Below, piece by piece: positions 1 through 10,649 of a DNA stretch of 64,000 nt (position 1 is the stretch's first letter; every line of letters begins with the position of its first letter). The position numbers and the translations under genes are program-made. The notes beneath the pieces are model-generated. The model worked only from the letters and a program-made list of their open reading frames with translations, was not told the origin of the DNA and did not search any database. The stretch is from an uncultured Prevotella sp. (GTDB lineage: Bacteria > Bacteroidota > Bacteroidia > Bacteroidales > Bacteroidaceae), in assembly GCA_946184025.1 (NCBI GenBank), contig CAMHEA010000001.1, positions 4,871-68,870 of the forward strand, given 5' to 3'.

Positions 1-10
1 GGTGAAGTAA
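1..10 (+). CDS. 3' end of upstream gene (…V-K-stop), probably a T9SS cargo protein
   Basis: g GTG AAG TAA matches the K-x-x-V/I-K-stop endings of the other CTD proteins here; only 10 nt visible. Confidence 0.35.
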
Positions 11-32
11 CTTCATAAAAAGAATACGAATT

Positions 33-236
33 ATGAAAAGAATGATATATAAGAAACCAATGACTGATATTGTCCTTGTGACAGAGAAGGAATATCTCTT
101 GCAGAAAACATCAGGAAAGCTTGACGATAACACGCCCATTCCTCCTGGCGGCCGTGTGCAGGGCAAGGAGAATGACTTCTTTGGCAATGGAGACAATGTG
201 GAGCCGGTATCAACCTGGACTCCGTGGGAAGATTGA
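33..236 (+). CDS. Small YxxP…WED peptide (67 aa), family member 1
   Basis: MKRMIYKKP…LL…GKE…PWED*; AT-rich leader; followed by a terminator; three relatives in the window. Confidence 0.75.
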   Translation: MKRMIYKKPMTDIVLVTEKEYLLQKTSGKLDDNTPIPPGGRVQGKENDFFGNGDNVEPVSTWTPWED

Positions 237-263
237 CACAAAGCTCTTAGAATAAATTCCTTG

Positions 264-298
264 AAGGTGGCATTCCAACGTAAGCTGGATGCCACCTT
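264..298 (+). terminator. Intrinsic terminator hairpin
   Basis: aaggtggcat…atgccacctt stem followed by T-rich sequence. Confidence 0.65.
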
Positions 299-306
299 AC
301 TTGTTG

Positions 307-707
307 TGTGTAATCCGACCGAGCGGAGACTAAAAGAATGACACGAATTCTTTTTTCTGAAGTTAAAGAAGATAAGTAGTTAATGACACGAAGCAAGGTG
401 AAAATCTGCAAGATCTGCTGGGAAATAAAAGGTCATGCAGATTTCGCAGATTTCGCAGATTTTTATCTTGTTTCGTGTAATTCTTTTAGTCGCTACGCTT
501 TGTAAAAGCACTAAAGCGATTACTGGAAATTCGTAGTCTATGACTAAGCCGTTCGGAGGTTTTTGTTGTTTCGTGTAATCCGTGTCATTCGTAGTCTGTG
601 GTTGGGCGTTTGGAGCGGGACCATCGCGCCCCTACGTCATGGTGGGGATAGGATTGTATTGCCATTGCTGATATTCGATTCGGTCGGATCGCAAATCCGG
701 CCGAGCA
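307..707. repeat. Mosaic REP-like intergenic element, copy 1
   Basis: Modules taatccgaccgagcgg, cgcagatttcgcagat, tcgtgtaatc…gaaattcgtagt, gactaaaagaatgacacgaa and cgcccctac are shared with 20177-20645, 24097-24195 and 28195-28540. Confidence 0.8.
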
Positions 708-750
708 TAAAAATGAACTGTCATGCGGCCTTTTTACCCTATTAATTTTC

Positions 751-810
751 AAAAGTGAGGTTTATGCGTAATAGAAATAATGGCTGTTGCGGTGTTTTTG
801 TGTACCTTTG
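751..810 (+). promoter_or_regulatory. Operator-like motif AAAAGTGAGGTTTATGCGT (751-769) plus -7 box TACCTTTG (803-810)
   Basis: Same motif and spacing in three other PUL promoters; Bacteroidetes -7 consensus TAnnTTTG. Confidence 0.75.
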
Positions 811-844
811 CCAACAGAATAGATTATCGAATAACTAACCTAAT

Positions 845-2875
845 ATGAAAAAATTCTTATTATTATTGGCTGCGGTCTTCACAGGATTAGACCTATGTGC
901 CCAGACAAATCTGGCGCAGGGGAAGACGGCAACAGCTTCAACTGGAAATGCGACTTTGGCCGTGGACGGCAATGTCGGTACACGCTGGGAGTCAACACAG
1001 GATGATGACCAGTGGTGGAGTGTGGACTTAGGCAGTAAGCAGAAGTTTGACAAGATCGAAATCCTATGGGAAGGGGCGTATGGAAAATCGTTCGACATCA
1101 TTGCTGGCGATCAGGCAGACTTCTCGGATGCAGTAACAATTGCCTCTACCAGCAATCAAGTGCAGACGACATTCCCGTACCTGCAAGAATTTACGCTGTC
1201 TACGCGTGCCAACGCCCGCTATGTGAAGTTTGTGGGTATTGAACGCGGAACAGGCTATGGCTATAGCTTCTGGGAGTTCCGTATTTTTAAGTTGGGTGAA
1301 CCAGAGTTGAGTCTCGTCAACCTGACATCGAATGAAGACTATTGCAAAGTCGGTGGAAGCATAAACTTCTCAGTGACAGCTACCGACCAGTATGGCAATG
1401 CGTTTTCTACCGATGGAATCACCTATTCTATGAGTCCTGCTGACATGGGAGCCATCGTGGGTAACGTGTTCACGCCAACCAAAACGGGGTGGGCGACCAT
1501 TACTGCGACGAAGGATGGTGTATCAAGCAACAGCATACAGATTGCCTGCTACGATGGCAGCAACGTGGCAAGTGCCGACAAGGTGATTGGCAAAAATGAA
1601 GAAGCCGGCGATCCGGCAATAGCCTTCAACGGCAACAAGGCTGACGGACCATGGGTGCTTTATCCTGGGAACACGCCGGAAACCGAGGCTGGCCGCACCT
1701 ATACAGCATTTTTCACGTTGGATTTGGGTAAAGCCTACGACCTGAACATGGTTGGTGCCTATTTTGAAGGAGCCAGCTCGCAGGAGTATACCATACAGAC
1801 TTCGGTTGACGGTACGACGTGGCAGACGGCAGCATCCGTAAGTCACCCTGCGGGCATCAATGCCTGGAAGGATCATGTGATACTGACACAGAATAACCTC
1901 GGTGTGCGGTATGTAAAGTTTGAAAGCACGAAGGCCGCCACACAATATGGTGTGAAGCTGCACGAGTTTGAGGTGTATGGTCTGGCCGTAGGCGGTGAAT
2001 TGGTGAAAGATGCATCGGCCGATGCTACGACGGGAGCCTATGGCCTGAGCGGTGTGCTGACGGAGACGACGCGGAGCTTCTTCGACGACGACCATGAGCT
2101 GGCCTATAACCTGACGGCGGTAAACATTCCGTCGGCACTCACCATCACGGCCACAAACCCGAATGCGCTGTTCCTCGTAACGGAGGCACAGGCTGCCTTG
2201 TTGGCCGGAACCAAGAATCTCGTGATTGTCAGAAATGGCAGTTACTCTTCAAAAAACATCGATTTCATCGACGGATATGACATTAACAGTCGTTTGACAA
2301 TCTCTGCTGAAACGGTTTCCTATACCCGTCCTGCCAGCTATAGCGACTACCAGACCTTGGTCGTGCCGTTCACGACTGGCGTTCCTTCGGGTGTGAAAGC
2401 CTACCAGCTCGTCGACAAAGCCACAGGCGGCATTCTTTTCCAAGAATCCTCATCGCTGACGGCTGGTACTCCTTATTTAATAATAGGTGCATCTGGACTT
2501 CAGCTACAGGCTGCAAATGTGACGATGGACTTTAGCAAGCAGACAGAACTGGGCGATGAAGCCTCATTCGTTCCTGCTTATCAGTCGGTGACGGCAGGTG
2601 AGGTCGGTGGTAATGTTTACATTCTGGACGACCAGAATACGTTCCGCAAAGCTGCTGCCACGGCGGTGATTCCGGCTTTCCGGGCTTACATCACATCTGG
2701 GCAGGCACTGAGTAAGTTCGACATCCTGCTGGATGAGCCGACAGGCATTGAGAAGCACGCCGCTGTTGAACCTGCTGACAAGGCCGACTATTACGACCTG
2801 CAAGGCCGTCGGGTGTGCGGTGTTCCGGCAAAGGGTATCTATGTTCACCAAGGCAGAAAGGTGGTGGTGCGATGA
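845..2875 (+). CDS. Secreted non-catalytic protein: 2x F5/8 type C (CBM32-like), Ig-like, shared pre-CTD domain, T9SS CTD
   Basis: Signal peptide; NLAQGK…AVDGNVGTRWES…VDLG…WEGAY…ARYVK…SFWEF; C-terminal YYDLQGRRV…KGIYVHQGRKVVVR. Confidence 0.85.
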   Translation: MKKFLLLLAAVFTGLDLCAQTNLAQGKTATASTGNATLAVDGNVGTRWESTQDDDQWWSVDLGSKQKFDKIEILWEGAYGKSFDIIAGDQADFSDAVTIASTSNQVQTTFPYLQEFTLSTRANARYVKFVGIERGTGYGYSFWEFRIFKLGEPELSLVNLTSNEDYCKVGGSINFSVTATDQYGNAFSTDGITYSMSPADMGAIVGNVFTPTKTGWATITATKDGVSSNSIQIACYDGSNVASADKVIGKNEEAGDPAIAFNGNKADGPWVLYPGNTPETEAGRTYTAFFTLDLGKAYDLNMVGAYFEGASSQEYTIQTSVDGTTWQTAASVSHPAGINAWKDHVILTQNNLGVRYVKFESTKAATQYGVKLHEFEVYGLAVGGELVKDASADATTGAYGLSGVLTETTRSFFDDDHELAYNLTAVNIPSALTITATNPNALFLVTEAQAALLAGTKNLVIVRNGSYSSKNIDFIDGYDINSRLTISAETVSYTRPASYSDYQTLVVPFTTGVPSGVKAYQLVDKATGGILFQESSSLTAGTPYLIIGASGLQLQAANVTMDFSKQTELGDEASFVPAYQSVTAGEVGGNVYILDDQNTFRKAAATAVIPAFRAYITSGQALSKFDILLDEPTGIEKHAAVEPADKADYYDLQGRRVCGVPAKGIYVHQGRKVVVR

Positions 2876-3084
2876 GAAAGAGATATGTAACCCCCGACTG
2901 TAGTATCGTATGTCCTCGTCTGAATAGTCTGCTGGATGGCATTGACCTCGGATTGGGCTCTGGCAAATGGGACGGCGAAGCCGCTGCCAAAGAACTGCCG
3001 ACCATGGTGCAGGTGATTCCGATGGATGAGGAAGATGAGGACGAACCCTCATTGTCTCTACATTATAATATATGGGAGGACTGA
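2872..3084 (+). CDS. Small YxxP…WED peptide (70 aa), family member 2
   Basis: ATG at 2872 overlaps the upstream TGA (ATGA); MRKRYVTP…SLLD…AAKE…NIWED*. Confidence 0.75.
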   Translation: MRKRYVTPDCSIVCPRLNSLLDGIDLGLGSGKWDGEAAAKELPTMVQVIPMDEEDEDEPSLSLHYNIWED

Positions 3085-3209
3085 AAACTTTGTAACGTCA
3101 GGAATTACGAGGGAAGAGCTAAGACGTATGGGCAAATCATTCCATTTGGGGAAATTCGTAGTTCAAGGCGTAAGAGATTGCGTGTAAAGTTTAAAGAATA
3201 TCAGTAAAA

Positions 3210-6200
3210 ATGAAAACGATAAAGTATTTATTAGCCGGTTTGACATTGATGGCTCCGGCTGTGGTTCCAGCACAGAGCGTCATGCCAGTAGGTAAGGGCA
3301 GCTATGCCGAATATGCACCACTGAGTGTGAGTAGGACGACGACACATGGCGGCGACCAAAGTCGCTATATGCAGTATAGAAAGCTGAATATCCACGAACG
3401 GGAGAACCAGCCTATTCCGACAAATGACTGGTGGACGAACATGATTAACGGTAGTGATCATGCCGACGGCAACGACATCACCGGTCACCTGTGGTCCTAT
3501 CCGCTTTATGTCCAAGCCACGAAGAGCGGTCTCGACGTGAAGTACCCAACCTTCTGGATTGACAATGGTACGGAGATGAAGGCCAACACAAAAGTGGTAA
3601 TCGGCGGCGTGGGCTTCCGTCCTGCCAACGGCAGTGCCACGGCTCAGTGGTGGCACGATTGGGATGTGGCATTCTCTTTGGAAGACGGCAATAAGCTGAT
3701 GTATACGACGATGGCCCACGGCATGCCGTTTACATGGATAGAGATGCGAAACGTGCGTCCGACCGTGAAGATTGTACGCGACGATGCAGCCCAATATGCC
3801 AACGACAAGATGGCGGCCGTGCTGCTCCGACAGGACGGGACGGCACTTCAGGACGGTGACGTGACCAATGGCTTCATTGTTGGCATGACGGATGCGGCCG
3901 ACGGCATGACACCTGAATACTATGGCATCTTCCTGCCTGAAAATACGACCATCGGTCTGAACGGTGGTGTCGTGACGCTGTCGTTTCGCGGTGCCCAGCA
4001 GTATGTGGTCGTAGGTACGCTGCCTTCACTGGCAGACTATGATGCCTTTGCACAATATGCCTACAGCGTTCCCCGAAAGACGGAGGTGACCTGGCGTTAT
4101 GACCAGGCAGCCGGTAAGGTGCGTACCTACTGGAACATCGAGGCCGAGAACCTGCTCTCGGGTGTTTCCATTCCCGATTTCGGTGACGGCAATTCCGCTC
4201 CTGATATCGACGATGAACCAGGCACACCCGACGATGACGGTACGGTGACGGTGCCCGTGGGCGACGATGGCTACGCGGGACCTGCTCACGCTCCCCGCCA
4301 TGCGCCGTCGGCCAGTGACGTGAAGGTGTTGCAAGGTTTCATGCCGCACCACTATCGCGACTACAGCGGCTCAGCCCACCTGCCAGGTGCGGAGCTCTAT
4401 CATTTTGCTACGCCTCACGGACAGATGAAACTGGTGGAAGGAACGAGCTTTGAGATTGACTATGACTTTTTCGGCATGCTGCCTTACTATCCCGTGCCTA
4501 ACGAGAATAACGACCCCAACCATCCCTATCAGGAAGGCATGATGCTGGAGATGCTCCAGCGTTATGCCAATACAGGCGACTTCGGCTCTGACACCTACTG
4601 GGGCGGTAAGGGTCTGACGCAGATGGCTTTGAACATGATGTTTGCCCGTGAGATGGGACAGAAGGAACTGTTTGAACAGTGTCGTGACAAGTTGAAGGCC
4701 GCCTTCGTGAACTGGCTGACCTACACGCCCGGAGAGAACAACTACTTCTTTGCCCGCGACAGCCGCTACGGCGGAATGATTGGCTACAACAGCAGCTTCG
4801 ATTCCGATACCTACAACGACCATCACTTCCACTACGGCTACTTCACGCTGGCCGGTGCCTTGCTGGCATTGGTGGACGATGACTTCCGCGACAACTACGG
4901 CGAAATGCTCACTCTGCTGGCTAAGGATTATGCCAACTGGGACAGAAATGACACCCGTTTCCCCTTGTTCCGCACCTTCGACCCGTGGGCTGGCCACTCC
5001 TTTGCTGGCGGTATGGGCGACGGCAACGGCAACGGACAGGAGTCAACGTCGGAGGCCATGCAAGGCTGGGGTGGTGTGTATCTGCTCGGTGTGGCATTGA
5101 ACAATCCGGAAATGCGCGATGCCGGTCTTTTCGGCTGGGTCAGCGAAGCCCGCGGAACGGCTGAATACTGGTTCGACCGTCATAAGGACACAAATACAGG
5201 CAACGCCACCTACCATGCGAAAGGCAATCATGACTACGACAATGGCTATAACATCAACTACGAACTTTTCTCTACAGGATATACCGACCAAGGTGTACAA
5301 AAGACGATGACACCGCCTTATAACAGTAACTTCACCTGCCATGGTGTGGGATGGTGGACTTACTTCGGTTTCGATGCCATTTTCATGCAGGGCATTCAGT
5401 GGATGCCGATTTCACCAGCCTTGGACTATCTGAGCGAAGACACGAAGTTTGTGGAATGGGATATGAAACGCTTGCTGGAAGATACGTTCCACAATGGATT
5501 CTTGGACAACACCGGTACGACACTGGCCGCCAGCGACTGGGGTAACGTGGCATTGTCATATTACCAACGCTCCAACCCGAAAGAAGTGGCTCGCATCTTC
5601 GACGAAGGATGGGCGGCTGGCTATAACACCTACAAGACCAGTTCCACGAACGGCATCACCTATTTCGTGACCCACTCGCACCTCACCAACGGCGATTTGG
5701 ACTGGACGACAAAGGCCGACATTCCGACCGCACGCGTCTATGTCAAGAACGGCCAGAAGACCTACACTGCCTTCAATCCCACTGATGCACCTATCACCGT
5801 AAGGTTCTCTGACGGCTATCAGCTGCCGGTGCCGGCCAGAAGGCTGGCCGTGAGCGGGCAGACGTCGAAAGACAATACCGACATCTATAAAGGCGACGAA
5901 GCCCAGAACGACCCGCGCAGTGAACTGGTCATGGAGAATCTGGCACTGGGCAAGGGTGCCATGAGTAGCTCCGACGAGAATGCTGCGGCTATGCCGGCAT
6001 CGAGCATCACCGACGGCAAGGACAACACACGCTGGGCAAGTAGCAAGAATGAAGGACAATACATCACTGTAGATCTCGGCAAGACGGCGACGCTCTATCA
6101 GGTAAACATCCTTTGGGAAGCTGCTTTTGCCGGACTCTATGACGTTCTGTTATCTGCCGACGGCAATACATGGACAACGGTTGCTACTGCATCGGGAGCC

Positions 6201-8288
6201 AGCAACGCTTGGGTGGCTACGAACCTCAACGATCAGACAGCGCGTTACATCCGCATTCTATGTAAACAACGCGCCAATGAAGCCTACGGCATCTCCATCT
6301 ATGAACTGCAGGCCTTCGGACAGTGGACCGATGCTGCTGACACCGACCTGCTTGGTGTGAAGATTTCTTCAGAGGTGGACATGATGAAGCAATATCAGCC
6401 CGCTCAGGTAAATATCAAGGGCTACACCGTCGGCGGCAACTGGGTGGATGTGACACCTGCATGGAGCAGCAAGGACGGCCGCATTACCGATAGCGGCGTA
6501 CTCACGCCTCGTGTCAGCCCGACGGCTACGGTCACGGCTACGGTCGGGAACTTCAAGGCCTCTAAAACGTTCCCCGTTGAGGAAGCCCTGTTCACCGCTT
6601 ACCTCACGCTCTCACCACATCTGGCACAGGTTCCTGTCGGTGAGCCGCTACAGCTCTCCGTAGAAGTGAAGAATCAGTTTGCCGAGCCCATGAACGTGAA
6701 TCTCGATAACATAACATGGCGTGTCTGCACCTATACAACCCGTGAAGAGACCTATATGGACGGAAACACGGAGAAGACCCGCACCGTCTATGACCTGACC
6801 GACACGACAAACGGATCTGTAGACAAGTCTACCGCTAAGGCCACGTTCACCCAGCCCGGTGAATATGCCATCGTGGCTACCGACGGCGAAGGCAGCGATA
6901 TGGTGTTTGTATCCGTGAAAGCCTATGCCGACATTAACCTCGCCCTCAACAAGCCGGTTGAAGTAACCAGCGGCACGAATGCTGAAAAGGCTGTTGACGG
7001 AGTGATTGGCAATGCTTCACGTTGGGAAAGTGAATGGAAGGTAGACCCGCAGTCGTTGACGGTGAACCTCCAGGCTATCTATCATATAAATAAGGTAACG
7101 GTCACCTGGGAAGCTGCCGGAGCCAAGGAGTATCGAGTGGAATACTCTACAGACGGCACCAACTGGCAACAGATTGCCAACGTGACCGACGGCGTGGCGG
7201 GAACCCGCACGTTCACAAGCTTTGAAGCCGATGCACAATATGTGCGTATCACCGGCACGAAACGAATCATGGAGGCCTATGGATACAGCATTGAAGAGCT
7301 GGAAGTCTATGGTACCAGAAAGGTAAGCGACGCGACGGCCACCCTCCGCGACAAGGGACTGAACGAACAGACACAGGCCCACGAGCTGACGGGCGTTTGG
7401 AATGCCGATGACTTTGCAGCCATGGATGCAGCCACACATGTAGCCTACGACCTCAGCGACGTGAGTCTGAAGGAAGGCACCTCTTTCAACGTGGCCAATC
7501 CTAATGCTCTTGTCATCCTTCCGCAGGCAAAAGCCGACTTGGTGACAAATTCCAAGAACGTGGTTGTCAGCAACGGTGCAGCCTATACGGCCAAGAACCT
7601 GGAATACACCGATAACAAACGCATCAATGCCAAACTGAACATCCAAGCCAACGATGTGAAGTATGAACGCAGCATGAAGTCTACCTATGCCACACTGGCA
7701 CTGCCCTACGACTGCGCTCTCCCGGAAGGCACCAAGGCTTACTATCTGAGTTCCGTTGCCGACAACGCCAGCGAGACCGTGTTCCATTTTGAAGAAGCCA
7801 GCAGCATCGAGGCCGGACGACCATACATCCTCAAGGCTGCTTCTGCCAACGAACTGCTGAAAGCCAGCAATGCTTCTGTGAACTTTACGGAAAAGACGGA
7901 CCAGCAAGAGGATGTTAAATTTTCGTCAAATTTCAACTTCCAGCACAATATTCCAGCAGAAAACAACGTTTATACGTTAAAGGCGAACGACGACCTGAAG
8001 CTATACCATCAGGTGGGAGGAACGATTCCTGAGTTCCGAGCCTACTTCACCTTGCCCGAAAGTTTCTTGGCAAAGCCCTTGCGCGTCATCTTCGACGACG
8101 GGCAGGAACCCGGCGAGGAACCAGAAGTAACACCGACGGGAATCCGTGAAGCCGACACGGAACTGCTGGGAAGCATCTTCCAAGTCTACAGCATTGACGG
8201 CAGGCTGATGAAGCACAACGAAAAAGCACTCATCAATCTCCCTAAAGGTGTATATATCATCAACGGAAAGAAAATCATTATCAAATAA
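3210..8288 (+). CDS. GH81 endo-beta-1,3-glucanase with two CBM32-like modules, Ig-like domains, pre-CTD domain and T9SS CTD
   Basis: PIPTNDWW, YNDHHFHYGYF, FRTFDPWAGHSFA, QESTSEA and GIQWMP GH81 motifs; two F5/8 domains; CTD KGVYIINGKKIIIK. Confidence 0.9.
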   Translation: MKTIKYLLAGLTLMAPAVVPAQSVMPVGKGSYAEYAPLSVSRTTTHGGDQSRYMQYRKLNIHERENQPIPTNDWWTNMINGSDHADGNDITGHLWSYPLYVQATKSGLDVKYPTFWIDNGTEMKANTKVVIGGVGFRPANGSATAQWWHDWDVAFSLEDGNKLMYTTMAHGMPFTWIEMRNVRPTVKIVRDDAAQYANDKMAAVLLRQDGTALQDGDVTNGFIVGMTDAADGMTPEYYGIFLPENTTIGLNGGVVTLSFRGAQQYVVVGTLPSLADYDAFAQYAYSVPRKTEVTWRYDQAAGKVRTYWNIEAENLLSGVSIPDFGDGNSAPDIDDEPGTPDDDGTVTVPVGDDGYAGPAHAPRHAPSASDVKVLQGFMPHHYRDYSGSAHLPGAELYHFATPHGQMKLVEGTSFEIDYDFFGMLPYYPVPNENNDPNHPYQEGMMLEMLQRYANTGDFGSDTYWGGKGLTQMALNMMFAREMGQKELFEQCRDKLKAAFVNWLTYTPGENNYFFARDSRYGGMIGYNSSFDSDTYNDHHFHYGYFTLAGALLALVDDDFRDNYGEMLTLLAKDYANWDRNDTRFPLFRTFDPWAGHSFAGGMGDGNGNGQESTSEAMQGWGGVYLLGVALNNPEMRDAGLFGWVSEARGTAEYWFDRHKDTNTGNATYHAKGNHDYDNGYNINYELFSTGYTDQGVQKTMTPPYNSNFTCHGVGWWTYFGFDAIFMQGIQWMPISPALDYLSEDTKFVEWDMKRLLEDTFHNGFLDNTGTTLAASDWGNVALSYYQRSNPKEVARIFDEGWAAGYNTYKTSSTNGITYFVTHSHLTNGDLDWTTKADIPTARVYVKNGQKTYTAFNPTDAPITVRFSDGYQLPVPARRLAVSGQTSKDNTDIYKGDEAQNDPRSELVMENLALGKGAMSSSDENAAAMPASSITDGKDNTRWASSKNEGQYITVDLGKTATLYQVNILWEAAFAGLYDVLLSADGNTWTTVATASGASNAWVATNLNDQTARYIRILCKQRANEAYGISIYELQAFGQWTDAADTDLLGVKISSEVDMMKQYQPAQVNIKGYTVGGNWVDVTPAWSSKDGRITDSGVLTPRVSPTATVTATVGNFKASKTFPVEEALFTAYLTLSPHLAQVPVGEPLQLSVEVKNQFAEPMNVNLDNITWRVCTYTTREETYMDGNTEKTRTVYDLTDTTNGSVDKSTAKATFTQPGEYAIVATDGEGSDMVFVSVKAYADINLALNKPVEVTSGTNAEKAVDGVIGNASRWESEWKVDPQSLTVNLQAIYHINKVTVTWEAAGAKEYRVEYSTDGTNWQQIANVTDGVAGTRTFTSFEADAQYVRITGTKRIMEAYGYSIEELEVYGTRKVSDATATLRDKGLNEQTQAHELTGVWNADDFAAMDAATHVAYDLSDVSLKEGTSFNVANPNALVILPQAKADLVTNSKNVVVSNGAAYTAKNLEYTDNKRINAKLNIQANDVKYERSMKSTYATLALPYDCALPEGTKAYYLSSVADNASETVFHFEEASSIEAGRPYILKAASANELLKASNASVNFTEKTDQQEDVKFSSNFNFQHNIPAENNVYTLKANDDLKLYHQVGGTIPEFRAYFTLPESFLAKPLRVIFDDGQEPGEEPEVTPTGIREADTELLGSIFQVYSIDGRLMKHNEKALINLPKGVYIINGKKIIIK

Positions 8289-8306
8289 CAAATTACCTAA
8301 ACTCTT

Positions 8307-10535
8307 ATGAAGAAGATCTTAGTATCAGTCCTCATGTTGGTATCGGGCATGGCTGCAACAGCACAGACCCTCCCCGTTTACCTTGACGAAAGTAAGCCGA
8401 TGGAACAACGCATTGAAGACGCGCTTTCGAGAATGACTCTCGACGAAAAGATACGCGTCATCCATGCCCAGTCCAAATTCTCGTCGGCAGGTGTTCCACG
8501 ACTCGGATTCCCCGATTTCTGGACCGATGACGGCCCTCATGGTGTTCGTCCCGATGTGTTATGGGACGAGTGGGAACAAGCCGGACAGACCAATGACTCC
8601 TGTGTAGCCTTCCCAGCTCTCACCTGTCTGACGGCTTCATGGAACCCTTCCCTTTCGCGCATCTATGGTGAGTCGCTTGGTGAAGAGGCTCTCTACCGCA
8701 ACAAGGCCATGATTCTCGGTCCGGGTGTCAACATCAACCGCACACCGCTCAACGGCCGTAACTTTGAATACATGGGCGAAGACCCCTACTTGGCCTCCCG
8801 TATGGTCGTTCCCTATATCCAAGGCTTGCAGTCCAAGGGGGTGTCGGCCTGTGTGAAGCATTATGCGTTGAACAACGATGAGGAATACCGTCATCAGGTC
8901 AACGTTGTCGTCAGTGACCGCGCACTCCATGAAATCTATCTGCCCGCCTTCAAGGCTGCCATCACTGAAGCTGGTGCATGGGGCATCATGGGTGCCTATA
9001 ACCTCTACAACAACCAGCACAACTGCCACAACGAAATCACCCTCAATCGCATTCTGAAAGGTGACTGGGGATTCGATGGTGTTGTTGTCAGCGACTGGGG
9101 TGGATGCCACAACACCGAAGAGGCCATCACCAACGGCCTTGACATGGAATTTGGTTCTTGGACAGACGGTCTGACCATGGGTGCCACCAACGCCTATGAC
9201 AACTACTATCTGGCCGAAGCCTACAAAAAACTCATCAAGGAAGGCAAGTACACCACCAAGGAACTCGATGACAAAGTGCGCCGCGTACTCCGTACTTTCT
9301 ACCGCACGACCATGAACACCCATCGTCCGCATGGATTCCTCTGCTCCGAGGCCCACTACGATGCTGCCAAGAAGATTGCCGAGGAAGGTATCGTGCTGCT
9401 GAAGAACGACAAGGGCGTGCTGCCCCTGAATCTCTCCAAGACCAAGCGCGTGCTCGTCGTCGGCGAGAATGCTCTGAAGATGATGACCGTCGGAGGCGGA
9501 TCCTCCTCTTTGAAGGTTCAGAAGGAGATCATCCCGCTCGACGGACTCACCGCACGTCTGGGCAAGGACATCGAAGTAGACTTTGCCCGTGGCTATGTAG
9601 GCGATACCGTACAGAGCTACAACGGCGTAACCGTAGGCCGCAGCATCGTAGAGAACCGGCCGGCTGACGTCCTGTTGGCAGAAGCCGTAGAGAAAGCCAA
9701 GAAAGCAGACTACGTCATCATGTTCGGTGGACTCAACAAGAGCGATTTCCAAGACTGCGAAGGCCACGATCGCAAGCAATATGCACTGCCCTACGGACAG
9801 GAAAAACTCATCGATGCCTTGGCAAAAGTCAACAAAAACTTCGTCTATGTGAACATCTCCGGCAACGCTGTGGAAATGCCGTGGAAGAAGCAGGTTCCCG
9901 CCATCGTACAAGGATGGTTTATCGGCTCTGAGGCTGGCGAAGCCTTGGCTTCCGTCCTTGTAGGTGATGCCAACCCGAGCGGTAAGCTACCGTTCACCTG
10001 GTATGCCAAGCTCGACGACTGCGGTGCCCATGCCCTGAACACCTATCCCGGTACTTGGCGCGAAGGCGGTCAGATTATTGACGAAGAATACAAGGAAGAC
10101 ATCTATGTAGGCTACCGCTGGACAGACAAGGAGAAGAAGACACCTACCTTCGCTTTCGGACACGGACTTAGCTACACCACCTTCAAAATCTCCGACCTGC
10201 GTGCCGACAAGAGCGAACTGACACAGGACGGACAGATCAGCTTCACCGTGAACGTGAAGAACACGGGTAAGCGTGCCGGTGCCGAGGTCGTACAACTTTA
10301 CATCCACGATAGCGAATCCAGCGTGGAACGTCCCTACAAAGAGCTGAAGGGCTTCAAGAAAGTGTTCTTGCAGCCGGGAGAGAGCCAGGACGTGACCATC
10401 ACCATCGACAAGAGTGCCCTGAGCTTCTACGACGAAGCCGCTAAGGACTGGAAGGCTGAGGCCGGTGAGTTCGTGGCCCTCGTGGGTAACGCCTCCGACA
10501 ACCTTGCCAACAGCGTGAAATTCACCTTGAAATAA
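8307..10535 (+). CDS. GH3 beta-glucosidase
   Basis: DGPHG, GRNFEYMGEDP, KHY, SDWG nucleophile, GLSYT, Fn3-like tail. Confidence 0.93.
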   Translation: MKKILVSVLMLVSGMAATAQTLPVYLDESKPMEQRIEDALSRMTLDEKIRVIHAQSKFSSAGVPRLGFPDFWTDDGPHGVRPDVLWDEWEQAGQTNDSCVAFPALTCLTASWNPSLSRIYGESLGEEALYRNKAMILGPGVNINRTPLNGRNFEYMGEDPYLASRMVVPYIQGLQSKGVSACVKHYALNNDEEYRHQVNVVVSDRALHEIYLPAFKAAITEAGAWGIMGAYNLYNNQHNCHNEITLNRILKGDWGFDGVVVSDWGGCHNTEEAITNGLDMEFGSWTDGLTMGATNAYDNYYLAEAYKKLIKEGKYTTKELDDKVRRVLRTFYRTTMNTHRPHGFLCSEAHYDAAKKIAEEGIVLLKNDKGVLPLNLSKTKRVLVVGENALKMMTVGGGSSSLKVQKEIIPLDGLTARLGKDIEVDFARGYVGDTVQSYNGVTVGRSIVENRPADVLLAEAVEKAKKADYVIMFGGLNKSDFQDCEGHDRKQYALPYGQEKLIDALAKVNKNFVYVNISGNAVEMPWKKQVPAIVQGWFIGSEAGEALASVLVGDANPSGKLPFTWYAKLDDCGAHALNTYPGTWREGGQIIDEEYKEDIYVGYRWTDKEKKTPTFAFGHGLSYTTFKISDLRADKSELTQDGQISFTVNVKNTGKRAGAEVVQLYIHDSESSVERPYKELKGFKKVFLQPGESQDVTITIDKSALSFYDEAAKDWKAEAGEFVALVGNASDNLANSVKFTLK

Positions 10536-10649
10536 CAACAGACGAGTCAGGAAGCCAGCCTGCCATCCTACACAAAAGGGTGCAGACAGGCTTCCTGATT
10601 TTTGTTTCCACCCAAACGAAGAAATATAGAAAAGCAATACAATAAGACT

